Source: Octopus vulgaris (lineage: Eukaryota). From it: a stretch of 64,000 bases of DNA. This document shows, one piece after another, positions 49,278-61,282 of this stretch (the first letter of the stretch is position 1; each line of letters begins with the position of its first letter). The translations under genes were made by a program, and so were the position numbers. Below the pieces are notes generated by a model that did no database searches, was not told the DNA's origin, and worked only from the letters and a program-made list of their open reading frames with translations. Where the stretch lies: positions 45,012,001 through 45,076,000 of the forward strand of contig OX597827.1 of the NCBI GenBank assembly GCA_951406725.2, given 5' to 3'.

Positions 49278-50877
49278 ATCTTTCTATCTATGGATAGATA
49301 GATAAATGACGCATGTGTTTACTGTATTTGGAGATGAGGAAAATATAAATGTCGCATGGGAACCACTAATCTAGCGATTAATTGAATGTTTTTAGGCTTG
49401 TTTGGTATTCCATAACACCCACAGTATCCAACAATGAATTGAGTCTTAAACTTGGTGTAAACATGTAATAAAACAGACGAGTGGGTTATCTGGGTGCTTC
49501 TACAATTGTTTCATTAGGAGTCTTTCCTGTGACGTAAACATCGTACAGTCAGGTATGCAATATGCACAACATCCATATGATTACGTAATATTTTACGCAG
49601 CTCCAACTCACCAGACTTACCAAATAAGCGAGTAGTGACATGTTGATTAATCTACAGATCATCTACAAGCGAAGTTTCTAGTCAGAACCTCCAACATTTA
49701 AGAACTGTAAAATTGGTGGGACTGTCAATCACTAGGGTGAATAGCAGAATGATAACGTAAATTAAAGAATAGTTAATCACTTGTCACGCGGTAGAATTGA
49801 ACCCGAAACAATGTGGTTGAGAAACGAACTTCTTAACCATGCATTCAAACTTGATCTGCAAATTAGGAAAATTATGGGAGATGACATATACGCCTGCACA
49901 GATGATGTGATGGCAGTCGAGGTACGGAAATGATGAATCCAATACGATAACGACTGAAGTTAGACACAGGTAAATCGCATAAGTAAACCGACTAGATTGG
50001 TAAAAATAAACAGGAGCAATGAAGTATTCAGCGAAAACATTTGATAATTCAGAGAAACTGGATACCATAACCGAAAAAACAATAACGTTTTAACGATATT
50101 AGAAAGGATGCGTCACATAGTGTAACGTTGAACAGACCAATAATTCAGTGTGAAACCGGGTATAATAATGAAATCAAACAACACAGACAAAACAACTTGT
50201 TGAATTGGCAACTGAAATGCAACATGACAATGATATAAAATACACCACCGTCGAAGAATTAACCAACGACAATCTAAAGAAAACGGGTATAATAACGATA
50301 TTGATTAACAGAGGGAAAAACAGTCGACACAATTAGCCAATGACAACACAATAACGATAACGATAATAATCCTTTCTATCGACTCCGAAAGGTTGAAAGG
50401 CAAAGTCGATCCCGGCGGAATTTAAACTCAGAACGTAGCGGCAGACGAAATACCTATTTCTTTACTATCCACAAGGAGCTAAACACAGAGAGGACAAACA
50501 AGGAAAGACAAACGGATTAAGTCGATTATATCGACCCCACTGCGTAACTGGTACTTAATTTATCGACCTCGAAAGGATGAAAGGCAAAGTCGACCTCGGC
50601 GGAATTTGAATTTAGAACGTAGCGGCAGACGAAATACCGGCGAATCTTTCGCCCGGCATGCTAACGATTCTGCCAGCTCGCCGCCTTAATAATTTTTTTC
50701 TACTATAGGTACAAGGCCTGAAATTAATACTCAACTGGTACTTAATTTAACGACCCCGAAAGGATGAAAGGCAAAGTCGACCTCAGCAGCATTTGAATTC
50801 AGAACGTAGCGACGGGCGACATACTGCTAAGCATTTCGTTCAGCGTGCTAACGAATCTGCCGGCTCGCCGTCACCGC

Positions 50878-50910
<33 letters not shown>

Positions 50911-51137
50911 CCTTTCTACGCTTGGCACAAGACCTTGAAAATTTTTGGGGAAGGGGACCCCAGTACGTAACTGGTACTTATTTCATTGACCCCGAAAGGA
51001 TGAAAGGCGAAGTCGACCTCGGCGGAATTTGAACTCAGAACGGATCAACGAGCGAAATGCTGCTAAGCATATCGTCCAGCAGGCTAACGATTCTGCCAGT
51101 TCGTCGCCGGCGCCATAATAATAATAATAATAATAAT

Positions 51138-51498
51138 AAGAATATTCAGAGAGCGCAAACCTCCGCCAAGGCAACACTAACGTTCTCTCAGCGATTAGCC
51201 AGAGATGATTTTTAAAATGAGAATATCTGAAATGAACTCGACTGCTCCCACAAACGAGAATATTAAAAATGAACCCCACCGCTCTCAAAAATTAAGTAAA
51301 AACCGGATAAATAATCCAGAATCTTTGTCCGGTACCGGATCGATCCCCAAATCTAATCAGTTCGTGCCAGTCACGAGGCCAAACATCCCTGAAAGTTTCA
51401 TCCAAATCAATCCTTTGGTTCTTGAGATATCTTGTCCACGGACAAACAAACAAACACAACTGAAAACAATACCTCCGCCTTCGCTAGGGCGGAGGTAA
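51138..51498 (-). mobile_element. Helentron/DINE-1-like (HINE) non-autonomous element
   Basis: Terminal palindrome TACCTCCGCC-TTCGCTAG-GGCGGAGGTA at 51470-51497. Matching subterminal ACCTCCGCC near 51159-51167. (CAAA)n microsatellite, insertion within A/T-rich triplet repeats. Partial copy at 58186-58390. Confidence 0.65.
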
Positions 51499-52029
51499 CA
51501 ACAACAATAACAACAATAATAATAATAATGATAATAATAATAAAGTAGAGCACTCGAATAAAATAATATTTAGCAATCAGGCGCAGGAGTTGCTGTGTGG
51601 TAAGTAGCTTGTTTACCAACCACATGGTTCCGGGTTCAGTCCCACTGCGTGGTACCTTGGGCAAGTGTCTTCTACTATAGCCTCGGCCCGACCAAAGCCT
51701 TGTGAGTGGATTTGGTAGACGGAAACTGAAAAGAAGCCCGTCGTATATATGTATATATATATATGCGTGTGTGTGTTTGTGTGCCTGTGTTTGCCCCCCT
51801 AGCATTGCTTGACAACCGATGCTGGTGCGTTTATGTCCCCGTTACTTAGCGCGCGCACACACACATTCCAGAAACTGACAATCCAATGAGGGTCTCTCGG
51901 TGGTCACTGTAGAGAAATAGCAGCTAAATCTCGAATCTCATCTCAAAAGTGAAATGATTATACAGTGTAATAAAAAAGTAATAAGTATGAGCAAACACCC
52001 CCCACCACCCCATCATCACTCTTCAATTC

Positions 52030-52600
52030 CCAATACCACCACCACCACCACCACCACCACCACCACTACTACAAACAACATCACCATCATCACTACCGCA
52101 GCCACAACTACCACCACTACCATCACCACCATCACTACCATCACTCCAACTACACCACCAACACTCCATGACTGAACCATCACCACCACCACCACTACCA
52201 TCACCACCATCACTCCAACTACACCACCAACACTCCATGACTGAACCACCACCACCACCACTACAAACAACGTCACCATCATCACTACCGCAGCCACAAC
52301 CACCACCACTACCATCACCACCATCACTCCAACTACACCACCATCACTCCAACTACACCACCATCACTCCAACTACACCACCATCACTCCAACTACACCA
52401 TCAACACTCCATGACTGAACCATCACCACCACCAACACCAGCACCAGCACCAGCACCAGCATCACCACCACCACCAGCACCAGCATCACCACCACCACCA
52501 CCACACTACGCTGTTATTAGATCCACCACCATTACAATCTCATAACACTGTCAACACATCTACCACCACTACTGCCGCCACCACTACCGCCACTACAATA
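52030..52600. repeat. (CAC/CAT)-rich compound micro/minisatellite
   Basis: Units such as CCATCACTCCAACTACACCA and ACTCCATGACTGAACCA recur. Confidence 0.9.
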
Positions 52601-52911
52601 TGTGTGTGTGTTTGTTTGTGTGTGTGTGCGCGTAATTCTGTGTGACTACAGCCTCTACCACCACCGCTCCCCCATTCCATCATGCTACCCTGTCATCGCC
52701 ACCCACACAACAGCAGCCCTGTCACCAATTCCTACACATGCTCACACTTCGCCATTTTCTGACTTCAAAGAAGAAATCTCTGGTATGTTAAACTGCAGCA
52801 ATTGTATACATTTCTCCAACTATTTCTCTCACCCAGGAACAAGACTTGAATATTTCGACCATGTTCTGAGAGTGCATGCGCGTGTGCGTATGTGTGTGTG
52901 TGTGTGTGTGC

Positions 52912-52967
<56 letters not shown>

Positions 52968-53619
52968 ATGTGTGTGTGTGTGTGTACGTACATGCGCATA
53001 TACATTTGTATGTGTGTTTGTGTGTACATAGGTACATGAATATATATACATGTATGTGTATGTGTGTGCATACTCTTTTTTTTCTCTCTTTTACTTGTTT
53101 CAGTCATTTGACTGCGGCCATGCTGGAGCACCGCCTTTAGTCGAGCAAATCGATCCCAGGACTTATTCTTTGTAAGCCTAGTACATATCGTATCGGTGTC
53201 TTTTGCTGAACCGCTAAGTTACGGGGTCGTAAACACACCAGCATCGGTTGTCAAGCGATGTTAGGGGGACAAACTCACACACACACACACATATATATAC
53301 GTATACATATATACGACGGGCTTCTTTCAGTTTCCGTCTACCACATCCACTCACAAGGCTTTGGTCGGCCCGAGGTGCCATGCAGTGGGATTGAACCCGG
53401 AACCATGTGGTTGGTAAGCAAGCTATTTATCACACAGCCACTCCTGCGTCTGCTTGGAAATATACATATATGCATATATACTCATGTATGTGTGTGTACG
53501 TGTGTATATACATCTATATATACAGAATGTATACACATGTTTGTGTGTGTGTGTGTGTGTGTGAGAGAAAGAGAGAGAGAGGGGGGAGATGTGTATGTGT
53601 GTGCTTTCCCAACCACATG

Positions 53620-54480
53620 GTCCCGGAACCGTGGGTATTGGACTATGGCAGGGACGTGTATTGTCACTTCACCTTTTCATTATTTTTATATGAACTGGAT
53701 AGACATGCGCGGTCGTTGTGGAAGTGTAATCAAAATCGGCGGATGTAGGATCGATCGGCTAATATTTTCTGACGACAGTGTGCTCATTAGAAAATGATCT
53801 GCATCAAACATTGAATAGGTTCGTTGCAAGACAGGGATGAAAATTAGGGTCGCGAAGACTGAGACATTGGTCCTCTTCAGAAACTCTGAGTGGAACATCA
53901 CCGAGGTAAGTGGAGCAGTATCTCAGGAGTGTATCCACGAGTGATAGGAAGCAGGAGGCTCTATTGGATGCTAGAATTGCAAGCATTGGCATAATAATAC
54001 ACCAGGTCCAGCATTCGGTCTTCGTAAAGGAGTGGTTTGTGAAAAAAGCCAAACTCGCTGTCTTCAATTTGGTTTTTGCGCGTTATCCTCACCTATGGTC
54101 ATGAATGTTGGGTAATGATCGAAAGAGAACGACCGCGAATGCAAGCGACCAAAATGGGATTCCTTCAAAGGATCTCTGTAGTAACGTTTACTCGACAGGG
54201 CGCATAGCTTGGAAATCAAGGAGTCTCTCCAGGTCGAGCTGTTACTTCTCCGCATTGAGAGGTCACAGTTCCAGTACTACGGACAAGGGATTAGAATGTC
54301 ACGGAAAAGAATCGCATGACAGTTAATCGAAGCCAAGCCAACCGGTAGATCAAGACTGAGATGGTTTCTAGCCAGAAAATCTAGCGACGGTTGCTTCTGA
54401 CAGGACCATATGGAGGAGATGCTTGAGGACACTACCTTCTCCGACCCTCCCAGGGATACTGGGCGAAGAAAATATATGGC
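53620..54480 (+). mobile_element. Decayed RTE-like LINE fragment (RT motif to 3' end)
   Basis: LIFSDDSVL resembles the FADD catalytic motif. Frameshifted downstream segments include IERSQFQYYGQ and IRMSRKRIA. Confidence 0.6.
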
Positions 54481-57400
54481 TTGATGTATCTGCGTGTGTG
54501 TATTTCTGTGTGAGTATGATGTTATTTGTAGATAAGCGATTAATGACTCACGCAGCCATTATTAAAACCCACAAATCAGGAAGGCGCACGTCTAATCGAT
54601 TAGATATCTACGATGTGTCTGAACGTAAAGAAATGCACGCCAGTGTGAATACATGCACATACATATATACATTTGAGGAAAATGAAAATGAATGCAAATA
54701 ATATTGCAGAAAAATTATCCTCCTTTGAACTACTACCTGAGAACAGTATTCACAGCTTTCTCACTCCTTCATTTTTGCTTGGTAATCACAATGGTATACA
54801 ACTATTAAGCATTGGTCATTTTAATATACTATCAGCTGGCCTTATCATATTTTCCATTTGAACTAATCACATTATCACCTTCCTTTATTAATACAACATA
54901 CTCATATATCTGAAGCGCTTCCCAGCCCTTTGCCCACATTTTTAAAAATCTTTCCGAACCCCTCCACAACAAAGCAACGGTGCGTACCACACTTGCCTAC
55001 ACATGATACCCCAGTCATGCTAAACATAGGAAAATAACGCTCCCGTCTGCGTCCGGTCAAAACTGGGAACCATATTAAAATATTCAAATACTCTTCCAAC
55101 ATTGTTCCGAAAAATTTCACCGGTGTGCGTGTGTGTGTGTGTGTTTTAATTCTTTAATTTTATTCATATTTTGGTTTTCATTTTTCATGTATTTTCTCGA
55201 CAGTTCTTTTCTGTGTGTGTTCTTTCTCTCGACTAAAAAACTTTGTCTACTTTTCTACCCTTCACTCCCGTTTTTACTGGCGTTCGAAGATCGGGAACGT
55301 GAAACTCGGGTTAAACGTCAGTGGAATTTTCAGTAATATCATACATTACACAGCGTACACATATAATGTCTGTACCTGATCGATTTCTTTAGCAACCACT
55401 GATATCAACTAGTATGGTCAAATGATCGTCTTTAGTTCGACCGTGAATGAGAAGGTGAATAGTCATCGAAACATCCAGATAATTACAGTGTATATCCTTA
55501 GGAACATTTCGGTTCATTCTTCTCATTTATTTAATTCACTTAGACTTGAAGTCATGGTACTGAGTATCTGTTGCGACATTGTGCAATTATATGAAATATC
55601 TCACTTAGATGAATTAATATTGTACTGTGTATCAGGTGTGTTTGCGAAACTCACACACACATACGCGCGCGTCACATAATATATACACATATTTGTATGC
55701 ATATATGTGTGCTATTTATTGTTGATTGAATTTTTTGTTGACATGTGTAATTACTGATTATGTAATTCAAATGAATTTTGTGTTACAATGTGATCAGATT
55801 ATAGGTGGTTAAGTTTATAATTATGAACCGGTTATAAACTATTGGTTTGTATATTCCCAAGTAGCGTTATAATATATGTTTCTAAGGCTGTATGAAACCG
55901 ACAGAAATAGTGGTCCTGTCCATATGTGTCGAAACGACTTTGACATCTGCTAGGCAGCTGAGGAGGAATTTTCCGATTTTCGTAGATTTTATTATTCATT
56001 GGGTATGTATCTGATTGATTGAATACCATATATTTGTAGACATGGTTATTTATATGTAGATTCAGATATTTGTTTGCTATGTTTATCTGTGGGCTTATTT
56101 TAGCTTTTTTAAACAAGTTCTCTTGTTAGATATTTTAATGTGGAATTGTTAAGGGAATTCCGGTTGGTTTATTTCATGCATTTTGGATTGTAGTGATCCA
56201 AGTTATTTAATTTAGTGAAGGTAGCTTTTAAATGGGCGGTATGATCTACCTTGTAAAATTTAACAATACGTTGTAAATATGTTGCATTTGTATGTATGTG
56301 TATGCGTGTGTGTGTGTGCATCTACACACACACACACAATTCACTTGTCACTAAATGTGATTGAGGATGCTGGGTAGCACCTATATTGCTAGAAATAGGA
56401 GTTAAACATCCTTAGAGCTGCAAGAAAGCAAGTTTTCATATATTGACAAGGGGATATAACTGCCCCATAAGCGAATTCAGATCACTAGACTGTACTAGTT
56501 TCGCCTGAAAAATTACAAGCTCGCCGGTAGTGACTACTCCATTGCCGTGGTCACTACTGACTACATAGGTGCTTGGGACAAAAGCGAAGGCATTATGTAT
56601 GCTCGTATCAAGTCATTTTCGATTGCGAATGGCGACAGTAACATACATACATACATACATTATGGCTGCCCCCTCGTTATCGAGTATGGCCATTGCACGA
56701 AGTATATTTATGGTCGCAGTTCAATGACTGAAACAAGTAAAAGAAAATGATAAAAAGATATATAAATGTATGCATATGTGTATGCGTATATTTATATATC
56801 TTTTTATCATTTATCTTTTACTTGCTTCAGTCATTGAACTGCGGCCATGCTGGGGCACCAGCTTCGAAGTTTTGGCCGGACAAATTGACCCAGTGTTTTT
56901 ACCTTAAAGCTTGGTACTTATTCTATCGGTCTCTTTTTGCCGAACCGCTGTCAAGCGGTTGTCAAGCAAACAAACAGAGCCAAAAAGAGACGCACACACA
57001 CGCATACACAAACACACACTTATAAATAAACATGCACACACTTATAAACACACACACACACGATGGGCTACTTTCAGTTTCCGCCTACCAAATCCATTCA
57101 CAAGGCTTTGGTCGGCCTGAGACTACAGTAGAAGACACTTGCCGGCGGTGCCATGCAGTGGGACTGAACCCGGAACCATGTGGTTGGGAAGCAAACGTCT
57201 TACCACCCAGCCACGCCTGTACCTATATATAAGTATATATTTATATACGTTTCTATATACACACGCACCGCATATATATAATTATGATTATCAGACTGTT
57301 GATAGATGAGTAACAGCGAGGAAGTTATGGTGTTAGTCAATGTAAAATGTTACCAAACATACCAGGAGAGAGGCGACGATTGACATGTTTATGTCTGTGG

Positions 57401-57518
57401 GTCTTGCTTCTCGTTTTTTTTGCTGTATTACTTTTAATATTTGTTTTACTACACGCGCACGCGCACACACACATATACGCACACTCACACAATGCAGACA
57501 TACATATGTATGCGTATG

Positions 57519-57570
<52 letters not shown>

Positions 57571-57583
57571 CATACATACATAC

Positions 57584-57668
<85 letters not shown>

Positions 57669-57792
57669 CATATTTGAGTAATTGAATGAATTATGTTATT
57701 AAGGATAATTCGAAAGATAACCGATACCTGGGTAGCAAATTCACATCAGAAAGAACGCGGTTGAAGCTACGTCGTCGACATAAGTTTCCTTG

Positions 57793-57877
57793 ATTTTCCT
57801 GAAGAGAAATCTGCATAATGTACTCCTTATTCCTTCGGAATTAGGAATATGCAACCTTCGAAACATATGTCGAGAAT
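57793..57877 (+). ncRNA. Type I hammerhead ribozyme motif
   Basis: ATTTTC CTGAAGA GAA..TGCATA..TATTCCT/AGGAATA..TATGCA..TTC GAAA CATATG TC GAGAAT. Intact core, GUC triplet, 6-bp stem I. Confidence 0.78.
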
Positions 57878-57927
57878 AAAGGATATTTGTTAACTAGTCG
57901 TTCAACTCCATTCTTTCATATACTTAT

Positions 57928-57958
<31 letters not shown>

Positions 57959-57972
57959 CATACATACATACA

Positions 57973-58006
<34 letters not shown>

Positions 58007-58391
58007 ATACATATATATACAAACATTATTTATATATAAACATATGTATAATATATATTTGTAAATATACTTGTGTATGTATGGTATATAGTGAAGGTTG
58101 ACAGGCGTATGGTATATCATGAAGGTTATAGGCGCAGGCGTGGCTGTGTGATAAGTAGCTTGCTTCCCGGCCACATGGTTCCGGTTAAGTAAAAACTGGA
58201 TAAATAATCCAGAATCCTTGCCTGGTACCGGATCGATCCCAATATTTAATCAGTTTGTGCCAGTCACGAGGTCAAATATCCCTGAAAGTTTCATCCGAAT
58301 CCATCCAGCCAGCCAGCGGTTCTTGAGATATCTTGTCCGCGGACAAAAAAGAAGCAAACACGACTGAAAGCAAACGCTAAGGCGGAGGCAA

Positions 58392-58470
<79 letters not shown>

Positions 58471-58479
58471 AATAATTAT

Positions 58480-59131
58480 ATGAGAATGATCCCTGGCTTA
58501 CCATCCCTGCAAGAAATGCAAAATACTGTCTTAACTGGTACATCACACGTATTGAGAAGAGCATTGTCGATGTGAGAACTATTACTACCCATGTATTTTA
58601 ATTTAACTTTATTTCTATAAAAAAAAATTAACGAACTAGTGAGTTTAGTTTAATGGCCTACCAATGTATACAATGAGTTTCTTTGCCCTAGGAGTCGGGA
58701 AGACACTCGGCAAGAAATGGAAGCAAATTTGAAAGAAGAAGAAAAACCCATAAATGATAATAATAATAATAAAGATATATAGTTGATGTTGCATGCCCCT
58801 TTGGCCCACGAATAGTCAAGAAGGAAGGCGTAAAAAAGTAGATAAATACAAACTTCCTAAGTACGAAATAGCCTGCCTATGGAAAATGAAGAAGGTGAAG
58901 ATAGCGCCAATTATTGTTATGTCCTTGGGAACTGTATCAGAAGGCATCAAGAGGAATATAAAGGAAATTGGAATAGAGTGTCCAGTAGAACTGTTACAAA
59001 AGGTTTGCCTCCTTAGCATAGCCAGAATAATCAGGTAAGTATTAGATAGCTGAAAGGAATGGCTAGCATGGTAGACTATGCATGCAAGACTCGAAGAGCT
59101 CGAACAAAACCTGTGATAAAGAGAAAATATA
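58480..59131 (+). mobile_element. Two 5'-truncated R4/Dong-like (REL endonuclease) non-LTR fragments in (TAA)n arrays
   Basis: IPGLPSLQEMQNTVLTGTSHVLRRALSM*, then IVDVACPF...DKY..KYEIACLWKMKKVKIAPIIVMSLGTV...LLQKVCLLSIARIIR. Each is followed by a 3' UTR and a TAA tail. Confidence 0.7.
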
Positions 59132-59195
<64 letters not shown>

Positions 59196-59900
59196 GTAAT
59201 AATAATAATAATGATAATAATAATAATAATAACAACAACAGCAACAACACCACCACCACAACCACCACTACCAACAACAACAACAACAACAGCAACAACA
59301 AAAACAACACCACTACTGAGAAGCAACAACAATACAACCGCCGCTGCTGCCACCACCGCTGCTGCCACCACCACTGTTGCCACCGCCGCTGCTGCCACCA
59401 CCACTGCTGCCACCGCCACTGCTGCCACCACCACTGCTGCCACCACCGCTGCTGCCACCACCGCTGCTGCCACCACCGCTGCTGCCACCACCACTGCTGC
59501 CACCGCCGCTGCTGCCACCACCACTGCTGCCACCACCGCTGCTGCCACCACCGCTGCTGCCACCACCGCTGCTGTCACCACCACTGCTGCCACCGTCGCT
59601 GCTGCCACCACCACTGCTGCCACCGCCGCTGCTGCAACAACCGCTGCTGCCACCACCACTGCTGCTACCACCACTGCTGCCACCACCACTGCTACTGCTA
59701 CCATCGCTACCATCATCAACAATAACAATAGCAACAATAAAAACAGCGATATCAACACTACAAGCATGAGCAACAGCAATATCAACAGCAGTAACAATAC
59801 CACTACCATCACGACGACGACGACGACGACTACCACTACTACGACTACCACCACCAACACCACCAACATCCACCACGACCATTACTAACAATAATAACAG
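59132..59900. repeat. (TAA)n followed by a (GCCACCACCGCTGCT)-type minisatellite
   Basis: 15/18-nt units of GCT/GCC/ACC triplets. Source of several spurious ORFs. Confidence 0.92.
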
Positions 59901-60174
59901 CCACAACAAAAACATAATATACATAATCACCAGAAAACATCAGTAGCAAAAAGGAATTAAGGAAGCTTTCACGTTGTCGTGCGACTTGCTAGAAATGGCA
60001 GTCAAATTACACCTCAAATTAAACCTCACCGTTTTTGGAAACAGACACTAGTTAATAAATGTGTTACTGGGTTCTTGGTCTATCGGCGGGGGAGGGGGAA
60101 TGTCGGGATGGTCACGGCTGGTATGCTATTGGTCGTAAGTCTATCGACCAGGGCTGTCCTGGAGTTAAACAAGT

Positions 60175-60445
60175 AGCAGCAGCATCAGCATCAGCAGCAT
60201 CAGCATCAGCAACATCAGCAGCAGCATCATCATCAGCATCAGCAGCATCAGCATCAGCAGCATCAGCAGCATCAGCGGCATCAGCATCAGCATCAGCAGC
60301 ATCAGCAGCATCAGCAGCATCAGCATCTGCATCAGCATCAGCATCAGCAGCATCAGCAGCATCAGCATCAGCAGCATCAGCATCAGCAGCATCAGCAGCA
60401 TCAGCAGCATCAGCATCAGCAGCATCAGCAGCATCAGCAGCAGCA
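60175..60445. repeat. (GCA/TCA)n compound trinucleotide repeat
   Basis: GCATCAGCA units. Confidence 0.92.
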
Positions 60446-60742
60446 ACAAAACGACGAGAACGATAGCGACGACAGCGATAACAAGACCACAAATCCTACC
60501 CGTATCTCAGCCCTACCCGTATCTCTATCAACCCCCCCACCACACCTCAACCGCCACTGCCGCAGCCGCCGCCGCCGCCGCCACAACCACCACCATCGCC
60601 CAGTCCTCATACCCGGAGAGAAGAGTTTGGTAAATAAATCTTTATACTTCCCTTCCAGGTTGAAGAATTTACAAGAGTTTGAATAATTAGCGTAGGAGCA
60701 GAAATGGAATGCGAAAAAGGGCGAATTCCAGGACAAACTGTT

Positions 60743-60773
<31 letters not shown>

Positions 60774-60792
60774 TTCATTTACGAGTGTGTGC

Positions 60793-60843
<51 letters not shown>

Positions 60844-60907
60844 AAGACTGTTAGGTGGTTGGTGGTTGGAAGATAAACGAAAATAGCGCGACACATTACA
60901 TACATTC

Positions 60908-61240
60908 GTATGTATGTATGTATGTATGTGTGTGTGTATGTGTATGTGTATGTATGTATGTATGTATGTATTTATGTATGTATGTATGTACGTACGTACG
61001 TATTTATGTCTGTATGTACGTACGTACGTACGTACGTATTTGTCTGTATGTACGTACGTACGTACGTACGTATTTATGTCTGTATGTACGTACGTACGTA
61101 TTTATGTATGTATGTATGTATGTAACGTACGTATGTATGTATGTAACGTATGTATGTACGTACGTATGTATGTACGTACGTATGTATGTATATATTTATG
61201 CATGTATGTGTGTATGTATATATGTATGTATATAGTTATA
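60908..61240. repeat. (TATG/TACG)n tetranucleotide repeat
   Basis: Direct inspection. Confidence 0.92.
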
Positions 61241-61282
61241 CGTATGTATAATATACACTGGCATTTATATATATATATATAT

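Noticed and set aside
49290-50340. Unique-looking AT-rich stretch, and a similar one at 55740-56280
   Set aside because: No sustained ORF or splice pattern. At most highly decayed Penelope-like remnants that I cannot support firmly.
51954-53140. Pro/Thr/His-rich and CV-repeat ORFs
   Set aside because: These are translations of (CAC)n and (TG)n microsatellites.
59063-60492. Long Ala/Thr-, Val/Ala-, Gly/Ser- and Ala/Ser-rich ORFs resembling mucin or antifreeze proteins
   Set aside because: They are open in several frames on both strands because the triplet repeats lack stops. No splice sites or unique flanking coding sequence were found.
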